A DNA stretch of 64,000 bases from assembly GCF_054482595.1 (NCBI RefSeq), contig NZ_CM137008.1. One strand, written 5' to 3'. Below, piece by piece: positions 35,535-45,720 of this stretch. Every line of letters begins with the position of its first letter. The first letter of the stretch is position 1. Made by a program: the position numbers and the translations under genes. The notes beneath the pieces were generated by a model. That model saw only the letters and a program-made list of their open reading frames with translations, was not told the origin of the DNA and made no database searches.

Positions 35535-37427
35535 TTAGCCAAGAATCGAACGGCGAACTTTATAATAATATTTGATGAGCTTATTTCTTCTTGGCGAACC
35601 GACAGGAGCATATTTGTTAACATATGGCATTAAAGCTCTTTTAATCTTTGTCTGCAGTAACACGGTTTGCTGCAGTTCAGTATGTTGGTTAGGTACTACC
35701 GTGGCCACAGGTAACTGGCGATAGTAGATTTCTTTCTCCCATGGCGTACTTAAAACATTCTCAAGAAAATCATCATAGAAATCGACTTTCTCAGTATTCC
35801 ATGGTTTGTTTTCACCCGCATAGTGAATCATTTTTGGATTTCTTCTGGCTTGCAAAAAGCGCATATAGGTTGAAAACTTGAGATTCGGGAAGAAATCATC
35901 GGTATTACCATTACCATGGTACACGTTCCATTCTAATGGTAAGAATTTGACTCGGCCAAAGAAGACTTTGTTCATGATATCCTGATCTAAGAACCAATAC
36001 TTTTTGGCTTTCAATGCTGACATCAATTGAGCAAAGGTATTCTCTGTAACCATTTGTTCGACATTAAAAACAATAATCCCGGCCTGAAAATATTCGTCAG
36101 GATTAGTCATTCCTAATGTCTTTTTCAGGTATTGCTCTGCAGGCATAATGCCATCATCTGATTCTGACATGGTACCAAACTTCACAAACCCTTCCATGAC
36201 GATGTCTTTAACAGCGGCAACCAGGTTAGTGCCGATCTCGACATCCAGAAGTGTCGCCAAATCAGCCTTCACCACGGTGTCAGAATCGATAAACACAACT
36301 TTTTTATACTCGCGGAAAAGTTGCGGGATGAACAAGCGCGCATAGGTCGACGCACTAAAATGTGCACGGGTATGAACATCACTCATCTCAGTGAATGAAT
36401 TCACATCAAAAAAGCGCAATGATATGTTGTTATGACCAGCAACTAGCTTGATAAGGCGTTGTTTATTTAAATGACTGACCTTATTTTCCAGAACAACGAT
36501 ATCATAGTTTCTGCTCGCATCAGAATGGAGAACAATTGAATTGATTAATGCCCCGCCACTTAATGCATAGTTATTATCAAAACTAATAACAACCGGTACG
36601 CTTTCGTCAAAAACGGGCTTTAATTTACCATTAAATGTTTCAGCAGTAACAAACGTGCGCTGTAGTTCTTTTATTTTTAGCTGTTTATCTTGTTGACATT
36701 TGATGATATAGATATTGAATAAACGCTCAGCAATGTGTCCTATAACTCGTTTTTCTTGAGCGTTGTAGTTATTCATCGAAATCCGATCTTCAAGATTAGA
36801 CAAAATAGCAAAAAGCCATTCAGAATAATCCAGGAACATGTCTTTGCGCATAACAAACATGTTCGTATAATAACCATCAGTTGCATTATTGAATTGTTGA
36901 ATCGCAGCTTTATATTGTGGATACAGCTCTTCAACGACATCCAGGGCAGACTGATAGTCTTTAATGTGTAAAAACTCACCTTTTGCATAATGATCAAGGT
37001 TATTCTTACTTCCTGCCGATGTTACCGACCATTTTTTGGGTAACAGCAGATCATATCCATCGACGCAGGTGCTTATGGATTCATCACTTAATCCAAACTG
37101 GCTTTCGTATTCGGCATTGATGAGCGGGTAGTTGACTACCCCCCAGTTATCCTCAGGATGATTTTGTTGTTCTGCAAAGTTCAAGTGTCTGCGGTAATGC
37201 ATGAATCCCACATAGTCAGCCAGAGATTCATTCTTCCACACCCAGTAGTGGGCCGTCAGCTCACAATAGAAGGGGTTTTTAAAGGAAATGTTGTCTCCGC
37301 TATCATCCCCTTCACAGCCAATATCATTATAAGTATTAGCCTTCCCGACATGCAGTGGTTTAATAATAGAGGCATTTAGAAAAGCACTGGGTTTGTGGTG
37401 ACATGTATAAATTTTGATACTATTCAT
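35535..37427 (-). CDS. wbbM: bifunctional galactosyltransferase, WbbM-like (DUF4422 N-terminal plus GT8 C-terminal, 630 aa)
   Basis: N-terminal CELTAHYWVWKN-containing domain; C-terminal GT8 (VVISFDNNYALSGGALINSIVLH, DSDTVV); size matches Klebsiella WbbM (recalled). Confidence 0.65.
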   Translation of the reverse strand: MNSIKIYTCHHKPSAFLNASIIKPLHVGKANTYNDIGCEGDDSGDNISFKNPFYCELTAHYWVWKNESLADYVGFMHYRRHLNFAEQQNHPEDNWGVVNYPLINAEYESQFGLSDESISTCVDGYDLLLPKKWSVTSAGSKNNLDHYAKGEFLHIKDYQSALDVVEELYPQYKAAIQQFNNATDGYYTNMFVMRKDMFLDYSEWLFAILSNLEDRISMNNYNAQEKRVIGHIAERLFNIYIIKCQQDKQLKIKELQRTFVTAETFNGKLKPVFDESVPVVISFDNNYALSGGALINSIVLHSDASRNYDIVVLENKVSHLNKQRLIKLVAGHNNISLRFFDVNSFTEMSDVHTRAHFSASTYARLFIPQLFREYKKVVFIDSDTVVKADLATLLDVEIGTNLVAAVKDIVMEGFVKFGTMSESDDGIMPAEQYLKKTLGMTNPDEYFQAGIIVFNVEQMVTENTFAQLMSALKAKKYWFLDQDIMNKVFFGRVKFLPLEWNVYHGNGNTDDFFPNLKFSTYMRFLQARRNPKMIHYAGENKPWNTEKVDFYDDFLENVLSTPWEKEIYYRQLPVATVVPNQHTELQQTVLLQTKIKRALMPYVNKYAPVGSPRRNKLIKYYYKVRRSILG

Positions 37428-37441
37428 CTTATTACCAATTA

Positions 37442-38182
37442 TTAAGCCATTGCTTGCTTGTAAAGTTCAATGATTCTCTCTGCTGAGCCAATTTCGCGGA
37501 GTTTATGGTTTTCGATCCAAACAACTCTGTCACAGATTTTTTCAACATCACTCATATTGTGGCTAACGAATAATATCGTTACACCCTTATTTTTGAAGTC
37601 TCGTATTGTTTGTATACATTTGGCCTGGAACGAAATGTCACCGACAGCAAGTACCTCATCGATAATAAGTATATCGGGTTCTACCTGGCTGATGACAGAG
37701 AATCCAAGCTTCGCAAGCATACCACTTGAGTACACGCGAATAGGTTCGTCAATGAAATCACCCAGCTCGGAGAACTCAATTATCCGATCCATCCGTTGCT
37801 GAACCTCTTTGCGGCGTAGCCCAAGCAGGGTCGCATTGAGATAAATATTTTCTCGCCCGGTTAATTCAGGGTGAAAACCGCCGCCTAGCTCAAGCATTGA
37901 GGCAACGCGTCCCTGGGTTGTAACAGTGCCTTTTGTAGGCTTAATGACGCCGGCCACCAGCCCGAGGGAGGTACTTTTCCCTGCGCCGTTACGACCAATC
38001 AGCGCTACGGCCTCGCCTTTACCCACGGTGAAGGTAATGTCTTCGATCGCAAGATATTTACGCCCTTTTAACAGCTGAAAAGCTCTTTTAGGGTGAAATA
38101 CGAGATCCTTAATTCCTGAGCCAATATGGTGGTAAAGAGGATACTCTTTCGTAACGTGACTAAAGTTTATTACTGGTTCCAT
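37442..38182 (-). CDS. wzt: O-polysaccharide ABC exporter ATP-binding protein (246 aa)
   Basis: Walker A GRNGAGKST, signature YSSGM, Walker B LIIDEVLAVGD; start overlaps wzm stop (taATG). Confidence 0.82.
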   Translation of the reverse strand: MEPVINFSHVTKEYPLYHHIGSGIKDLVFHPKRAFQLLKGRKYLAIEDITFTVGKGEAVALIGRNGAGKSTSLGLVAGVIKPTKGTVTTQGRVASMLELGGGFHPELTGRENIYLNATLLGLRRKEVQQRMDRIIEFSELGDFIDEPIRVYSSGMLAKLGFSVISQVEPDILIIDEVLAVGDISFQAKCIQTIRDFKNKGVTILFVSHNMSDVEKICDRVVWIENHKLREIGSAERIIELYKQAMA

Positions 38183-38961
38183 TACAAAATCTCTGCAAAT
38201 CGATATTTTAATTTATTAAAAATACTCAGGCCCACAATTGTCAGGACTAAACCTGTAATGTAAAGGATTGAAATATATTCATAATTTAAGACGCCATCCA
38301 TGAACAGCTGCCGCCAGCTGAGGATCATGCTTGCCAGAGGATTATAGGTAATAATCCAGCTAAATTTTTCAGGAATCATATCTGACGCATATAATATCGG
38401 CGTGCAATAAAACATGAGCATGATACCAAGGCTGACAAATCGCTCTAAATCCCTGAAGAACAGATTTAGCGTAGAAAATATGATTGAAATACCAAATGTA
38501 AAAATCACCTGACCAAGCGCAATAATTGGTACGCCCCAGAGCCATGAGAGCGATGGACGCATACCATACACGAACAGGAATGCAATAATCACAGGAATTG
38601 TACACAAGAAATGTACCCCTTCCATCATGACATTACTCAATGGAATAACTGAGCGCGGAAAAACTGTTTTTTTGATTATTTGCGCATTGGCTATAAACGA
38701 AAACAAGGAATTTGTCGCCGAGCTGGCAAACCATTGCCACGGAAATAAACCGGTAATCAAGAAAAGGGTATAATTCGGGATCTGCACTCGCATAACGAGC
38801 TTAAAAATGAAATAATATATCATTGCAAAAAGCAGTGGATTCGCAATTGACCATAAGTAACCAAATACGCTGCTTTTATAACGTACCTTTAAATCTTTGT
38901 TTGTTATAACAACAAGAAGATCAAACAAATACCCTATATTATACTTCATTTTTATACTCAT
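38182..38961 (-). CDS. wzm: O-polysaccharide ABC exporter permease (ABC-2 type, 259 aa)
   Basis: Six predicted hydrophobic segments; first gene of the operon downstream of the ops element. Confidence 0.8.
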   Translation of the reverse strand: MSIKMKYNIGYLFDLLVVITNKDLKVRYKSSVFGYLWSIANPLLFAMIYYFIFKLVMRVQIPNYTLFLITGLFPWQWFASSATNSLFSFIANAQIIKKTVFPRSVIPLSNVMMEGVHFLCTIPVIIAFLFVYGMRPSLSWLWGVPIIALGQVIFTFGISIIFSTLNLFFRDLERFVSLGIMLMFYCTPILYASDMIPEKFSWIITYNPLASMILSWRQLFMDGVLNYEYISILYITGLVLTIVGLSIFNKLKYRFAEIL

Positions 38962-39258
38962 AAATTATTCTACAAAAAATTCCGTACGTAATATGTATCA
39001 AACAGAATTATCGATAAGATCTGCTGTGCTCGAGAGACGAACAGCTATTCCCATAAACAAAGACCAATTGTAACATCATTTTGCACAAGCAATATGTAAA
39101 CAATCTTTCCTGCGCATTAGCACTCCGGAATCGGAGATGATCGCTAACCTCAGTAACCGCTGAATGAAAATGTGATTCTCGTGGAAGATACATAAACCAT
39201 CCTTTAAGATTGTAAATAAAATGTTAAATCGAACAATGAGTTTATTCTAAAATTCAGA

Positions 39259-39270
39259 CACGCTACCGCC
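39259..39270 (-). promoter_or_regulatory. ops element (GGCGGTAGCGTG), RfaH recruitment site, in the leader of the wzm operon
   Basis: Plus-strand cacgctaccgcc is the reverse complement of the canonical 12-nt ops; ~300 bp upstream of the wzm start in the transcribed orientation. Confidence 0.75.
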
Positions 39271-39899
39271 ATTGGCTATCGCAACCAAAATGCGGACTCC
39301 CCTCTCTAAAGTGTCTGTCTTACCCGGTCTTACCGTAACGAAGAGGATACGCTCGTCGTTAGCTCCACAAGCATTACCGGCGCAGCATTCATGAAGCCAC
39401 AAACAGCCTAGTCAGCGTTCGGCAAAAAAGCTAAAAACAAACGGATATCTGTACTCAGCGCCCCTCTCCGGACTCACATCCATCGCTACACCGCAACAAA
39501 TGCACCGCTACTTTCCCCAGTTTATGGCATCCTATCCATCAGGACTTTCTCATTTCACCCTTGAAACCAACAAAAAGCGTCACTCTCGGCAGTATGACTT
39601 CAACAGCCATGTAGCTGGGCGCTCCGCATCTCTACATGAGTCAGGCAGAGTATTAAGTTCGCGGGCAGGCAGCGGCAACACCACCAGGATAACGTACTTC
39701 CTCATCCTATCTTGCATAAAAGTGAATTTGACTTTTCTTCAAAAGTGGTCAAATCCGAGCGTCGTAGGGTACGTTTGCTGCGCATTATCAATAATGCATC
39801 CGTAGGACGTGAATTACGCGCGCATTATAGCTCTGGTCTGGAAGAATAAAAATGAAAAAGCATGACCAATCCATCCAGCCAAAAAATACTGAAGTGGTC

Positions 39900-40324
<425 letters not shown>

Positions 40325-42885
40325 TAAGCGTCGTCTGAGTACCGTCTGGTCCCGAATCCAGGATCCTGTAACTTAAGCACCCACTTATTTTGCAGGTGGA
40401 CACCTCATGCGCACCAAAGAACGACTCCCCCGGAAACGCTATTCTCCTGAATTTAAAATGGAACTGGTCAGGCTGGCCCTTGAACAAGATGTCACGAACG
40501 GTGCAATAGTGGTTCTTCCGCAACTTGGGTGGAAGAAAATGGATGAAACTTTCTGGTGAACAAGGATCTAAGCTGTTTTAAGTTATGGGCAACGCAATGC
40601 ACTCTCTTAAGACACTTCTACAGTTACCTTGCGGATGGCGATGCAGTCGACAAATTATTAGCTCTGACGGTATCACCCTCCATCTCCACGGAAAACGCAA
40701 AACAGCACAATGTCCTGAATGCTCTAAGCGTAGCGACTCTGTTCATAGTTCTCGTCGGCGCCGGATACAGCATCTACCCTGCTCCGGGCAGACGCTATGG
40801 CTTGTATTTTCCGTCCGCCACTGGTACTGCCGTAACCCTGTTTGTTCACGAAAAATTTTTGCCGAGTCGCTTGCTCCCTTCGCCGGTTCACACCAGCAGT
40901 CTTCACAGGCGTTACAAAATTTACAACGTCAACTGGGATTAATAGCCGGAGGTGAGGCTGGAAAACGGGCTGCAACGGCAGTGGGTCTCCGTTGCAGTGC
41001 AGATACTCTTCTTCGCAGGGTTATCAATACCCCGGGGACGAAACAGTCAGGCGCGCCTCATGTCGGTATTGATGAGTGGGCGTGGCATCGGGGCCACCGT
41101 TACGGTAAGTTAATCGTCAATCTTGATACTCACCGTCCCCTCGTCCTGCTTCCCGGTCGTGATCAGCGTACGCTGGCGACCTGGTTCAGAAAATATCCGG
41201 AAATACAGGTTGTCTCGCGTGATCGCAGTGGAGTCTATGCAACAGCAGCACGTGAAGGTGCACCTCAGGCCAGACAGGTGGCCGATCGATGGCACCTGCT
41301 AAAAAATATTGGCGATGCGCTTGAACGAATGATGTACAGACATATACCTCTGATACGTCTTGTTGCCAGTGAGTTGTCACTAAAGAAATCACCTGAGCCA
41401 GAACTGTCTGTGCCTGCAGTATCGCTCCGTCGTCCGGAACGCCTTAAACAGCAAACCCGCAAAAAACGGCATCAGCGTTGGACAGAGGTTATGGCCCTGC
41501 ATAACAAGGGATGTAGTTTCAGGGAAATATCCCGTATTCAGGCCTGTCGCGTGTGACAGTCAGTCGCTGGGTGCGTTCAGGAACATTCCCTGAAATGTCA
41601 ACCCGACCTCCAAAGCGAGGGCTTCTGGACCCATGGAGGGAGTGGTTAAAAGAGCAACGAGAAAGCGGTAATTATAACGCCAGCCGGATATGGCGGGAAA
41701 TGGTGGCCCGGGGGTTTACAGGCAGTGAAACCATCGTCAGGGATGCTGTTGCCAAATGGCGTAAAGGCTGGATCCCACCGGTTACTACTGCCGCCAGACT
41801 TCCTTCAGTGTCCCGGGTAAGCCGGTGGTTGATGCCCTGGAGAATAATCAGGGGGGAAGAAAATTATGCTTCCCGATTTATTAGTCTGATGTGTGAAAAA
41901 GAACCGGAGCTGAAAATAGCGCAGCAACTGGTACTCGAGTTCTACCGTATTCTGAAAACCCAAAATAAATCACAGCTTAGCAGCTGGTTCACTCGAGTCC
42001 ACGAAAGCGGCTCAGCAGAACTTCGGCGCGTGGCTGCGGGGATGGAAGCTGATGCTGCGGCTATATGTGAGGCAATCAGCAGTCGCTGGAGTAATGGTGT
42101 TGTCGAAGGTCATGTAAATCGCCTGAAGATGTTGAAACGCCAGATGTATGGTCGAGCCGGATTTGAACTGCTCAGGCAGAGGGTCATGAGTCCACTGGCA
42201 TGAAAATCTCCACCCAAGTTGCGGAAGAACCACTTTTCATCCGTCGTTGACACAAGAGGGCAGTATCGCTGCTCTGGCCCGTCAACATGACGTCAACGAT
42301 AATCTGCTCTTTAAATGGATAAGGCTCTAGCAACGTGAAGGGCGGGCGGGTCTGTCGACCCCGAAAAAATGCATCGTCGCTTCCTACCCTGATACCCGTG
42401 CAACTTCAGGCGGAGCCTTCTCTCCCGGAATTCGAACCACTATCCTGTTCACCTCCCACTGCCTGCCACATAAAATGTCGGGGCGGAGAAATAACGCTGA
42501 CCTCTCCCTCAGTTGAGCTTATGAGCACTGTCCTGCGCGAACTGATGCGGGGGTCTGTATGATAAATCTTCCCGCAGGCACAAAAATCTGGCTGGTTGCC
42601 GGTATCACCGATATGCGCAACGGCTTCAATGGTCTCGCCGCAAAGGTGCAGACAGCGTTGAAAGATGACCCGATGTCCGGCCACGTCTTCATCTTCCGGG
42701 GCCGCAGCGGCAGTCAGGTCAAACTGCTGTGGTCCACCGGCGACGGACTGTGCCTGCTGACCAAAAGGCTGGAGCGTGGCCGCTTCGCCTGGCCGTCGAC
42801 CCGCGATGGCAAAGTGTTCCTGATGCCGGCGCAGCTGGCGATGCTGATGGAAGGTATCGACTGGCGACAGCCAAAGCGGTTACTG
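40325..42885 (+). mobile_element. IS66-family remnant (orf1 split by an ISL3-like insertion, orf2 present, large transposase absent)
   Basis: gtaagcg terminus at 40325; orf1 N-terminus MRTKERLPRKRYSPEFKMELVRLALEQ (40407-) resumes after the insertion as ...EGSIAALARQHDVNDNLLFKWIRL; orf2 at 42559..42924 (MINLPAGTKIWLVAGITDMRNGFNGL...DWRQPKR). Confidence 0.5.
40494..42250 (+). mobile_element. ISL3-family-like insertion sequence with frameshifted transposase
   Basis: Imperfect ~40-bp terminal inverted repeats sharing core agtggttcttccgcaacttgggtgga (40508-40533 and complement 42209-42234); transposase in two ORFs 40585..41556 and 41553..42203 (zinc-finger N-terminus, GIDEWAWHRGHRYG, C-terminal SNGVVEGHVNRLKMLKRQMYG); frame break inside an HTH segment. 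Confidence 0.55.
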
Positions 42886-43744
42886 ACGTCCCTGACATGT
42901 TGTAGCCCAGGTCTTCTTCGTTGATAAAGTTCACATCCAGAGGATGGATACTTCCTGTAGCCCGTAATATCGTCGATTCAATATCCTGCACATTCATCGG
43001 GATCACCGATGCAAGAAAAGCCCATTGATCAGAATAAGGCTGGAAATTAATATCAACAAAAACGCTTCCCCCCGATGCACGCGGTCTTTTTTGCAGAGGT
43101 AACGCGATAAGATTACCAAATCCTCCTTTTGGCATAGTATCCTGATTAGGAAATAATCGGTCATAAGAACTCAATTGCAGCTGTCGGGTCCGGCTGCACG
43201 TATAGCTAATAATAGCAGTCCCCAGACGGCGAGCTTCGCGGGCCGAAACTCGTGAAGCAAAAAATATCCAGACATGCGCTCCCTGACGTGAGCGGGATAT
43301 TTCCAGCGCAGCAGGTACACTCAGCTCATCACAGGCTCGCATGAACGCGGATGCATCCTTCTGCCATTCAGCTTTATCAAAATCAACAGCCAGAAAATAA
43401 CAGGAATCATCTTCCAGCAACGGATATAACCCGGCAGTATGCGTGCCTGCCAGATGCTGGTAGATGACAAGATCAGATACAGGGAGTAACTGACGGTGCG
43501 TACAGTCCCCGCATTTTATCCGGGGTTTACCGCATATTCTCGCCTGCCATTCGTTAGCGCAGGCAGGAGAGTACCCTGATTTGCCGCTGGTTTTACTTTC
43601 CCAACGAAGGGCCCATATATCATCACGCCCACGAAACAACCGACGAAATAATGCAACCTTCTCGTCGGTGGATAATACGGAAACGCGCTGCACAGGGCTC
43701 GGCGGTTTACGTCGCCATTCCAAGTAATGAGACCAGACGGGCAT
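42719..43744 (-). pseudogene. primase-polymerase (AEP superfamily)-like protein, probably C-terminally truncated by the IS66 remnant
   Basis: N-terminal ~285 aa with DxD (LAVDFD) and sxH (RQGAHVWIFF) primase-like motifs and a C-x2-C pair; the last ~60 codons of the track ORF are antisense read-through of IS66 orf2. Confidence 0.45.
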
Positions 43745-43947
43745 TTTCTGCCCTCAATGCAGCTAATTCATCGCTGTCAGATTTATGAACCATATTCGTT
43801 ACCTGTATCCGATCCACTGAGGCACCACGGCAGAAATTCGGGTCCCCTACACTGATGACAAAGCGCCCCGCCCTCTTCTGCCTATTAACTCAAGCACCTC
43901 CCAACAACTTACAGAAACTTAATTCTAATACCTAATACAGCTGTAAT

Positions 43948-44511
43948 TCAGTTGTGTCGTGGTCGGCCCCGGTTACTTTTTTCGGGAAGCCTGCTACGGC
44001 CCAGAATAATACCGTGTTCTTTCTGATCCTGTTTAGCCAGGTAGCTGAGGGCGTAACGTAAGTCGTCTACTGCGGACTTATCACTATAGTGAATCACGTG
44101 ATCGATACGCACCGGGTATTTATCTTTAGCCCGGCACAGATGAAAATAACCCTCCCCTTCCGTGATCCGCCTCCAGATATCCCCCAGTTGCCTGGATATC
44201 TGATAAGAGTTCTTGTGACGTTGCCCATCCAGATAGCCGATAAAATGAATATGAAGCCCTTTGTCTGGTGTATATTCCATAACCCAGTAATATCCTGCCA
44301 ACATCGTCTGGGTTTCGCTAAGTAAACGGTATATTTCCATACACATACTGTGCTTACAGGAATGCCCGAAACTGGGCGTGTCTTTCCTGTAGGCAAAATC
44401 AATTCTGAAAGGTAACAGTTTAGAAAAACGTTGAAACAATCCCTCCATGTGTTCATTCACATCTTTCAGAATCGCGAAATTCATTTCGTAATTGGGATTG
44501 GCATTATACAT
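43948..44511 (-). CDS. hypothetical protein (187 aa), possibly YfjJ/YagK-type (inovirus Gp2-like)
   Basis: ORF track; HIHFIGY motif; position in an integrase/AlpA/DUF3987-type module; family assignment uncertain. Confidence 0.4.
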   Translation of the reverse strand: MYNANPNYEMNFAILKDVNEHMEGLFQRFSKLLPFRIDFAYRKDTPSFGHSCKHSMCMEIYRLLSETQTMLAGYYWVMEYTPDKGLHIHFIGYLDGQRHKNSYQISRQLGDIWRRITEGEGYFHLCRAKDKYPVRIDHVIHYSDKSAVDDLRYALSYLAKQDQKEHGIILGRSRLPEKSNRGRPRHN

Positions 44512-45642
44512 TTTATAGTCCTTAATTTATAAAACTCACAGGAAGAGGAAATTATGTAAATACTGAGAGAACATAAACGCCGTAGCACGGCATTAATAAA
44601 CGAAGTAAACCAGCAGCACAGACACCCTGATAAAACTGTTTTGTATTACCGCATCGCTGTAACGAGGTAATACTTCAGAATTCAGTGAGGCTCTCTTAAA
44701 CAGAGGACCAGTAAGAATTACAATGGTAAAAACACACCTCATAGAATTGAGTTTAAGGAAGCACCATTCACTCAACCTGACATTCACAAAAGTCAGTACC
44801 AGGTGGCCTCAGGTAACATCGCTATTAATATTATCCTGCCATTAAGTAAAAACAGAAACTCTGTGAGGAAGTCTCACCAATATTTGACCAGTAGCATAAA
44901 GAATAACGATATGAGAGATACGCCCACACCAGAGATGATTACCCCATACAAAAAGATAATATTTATTAATACCACCGCACCTCAATAGACTAATAACACA
45001 CTAATAGCGTTTTGGTACACACTTAACACTAACTATGCACCAGACACATACTCAGGATTAACATTCCCAACATTTATGGTACTCTCAAAGAGTATAATTC
45101 ACCACACAGGTAAACTCTCACACCAGTAGTATGGAGATAATGCTGTACACATACTTACAGAGTAAAGTGTACAGTTAGCATACAGTGGCGAGCAGACATT
45201 ACAACATAAAGACATAAGATAGCATAATAAGAACATAACAAAACTCCCACTAATAATACTAATTAACCTTAATTCTTTTTTGAACAGGAAATCAACATAG
45301 CTCCAGACCTCTTCAGGTCATACACTTTTGTATTGGATGTTCAATGTGTACTTCTGCACAAACAAAAAAATAAAACCCGCAAAATAAAATATCAGCCCCA
45401 AAAATACAGCGTGAAACACCACGTTATGGATATGTTTTCATATCACCAGAAGCATATTTCACACATACAATACAGAAACAATTCATCATATAATCAGGGT
45501 TACTGTTCACTCCTCTCGGTTATCCGCGAGACGATAAAACATGACACTAATCACAAAAACGAGAGATAGTATTTGCGAAATATAAACAACATAAAAATCA
45601 ATGCGTTGCGATTTTTTATTTTTTCAGACATGCATGCCCCCT

Positions 45643-45678
45643 CTGCTATTGTTGCTAGCCGGCTAGCAACAATAGCAG
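45643..45678. repeat. perfect 36-bp palindrome (18+18, no loop) just downstream of the 607-aa gene
   Basis: ctgctattgttgctagcc followed by ggctagcaacaatagcag; no adjacent U-tract on either strand. Confidence 0.6.
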
Positions 45679-45720
45679 GGATATACAAACATCGGATGCC
45701 AAAAACACGTTCCGATAATA

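Noticed and set aside
44803-45569. Small plus-strand ORFs (61 and 78 aa) in the ORF-poor AT-rich region
   Set aside because: No RBS, low-complexity Asn/Lys/Thr-rich products; the region is flagged as non-coding rather than annotated as genes.
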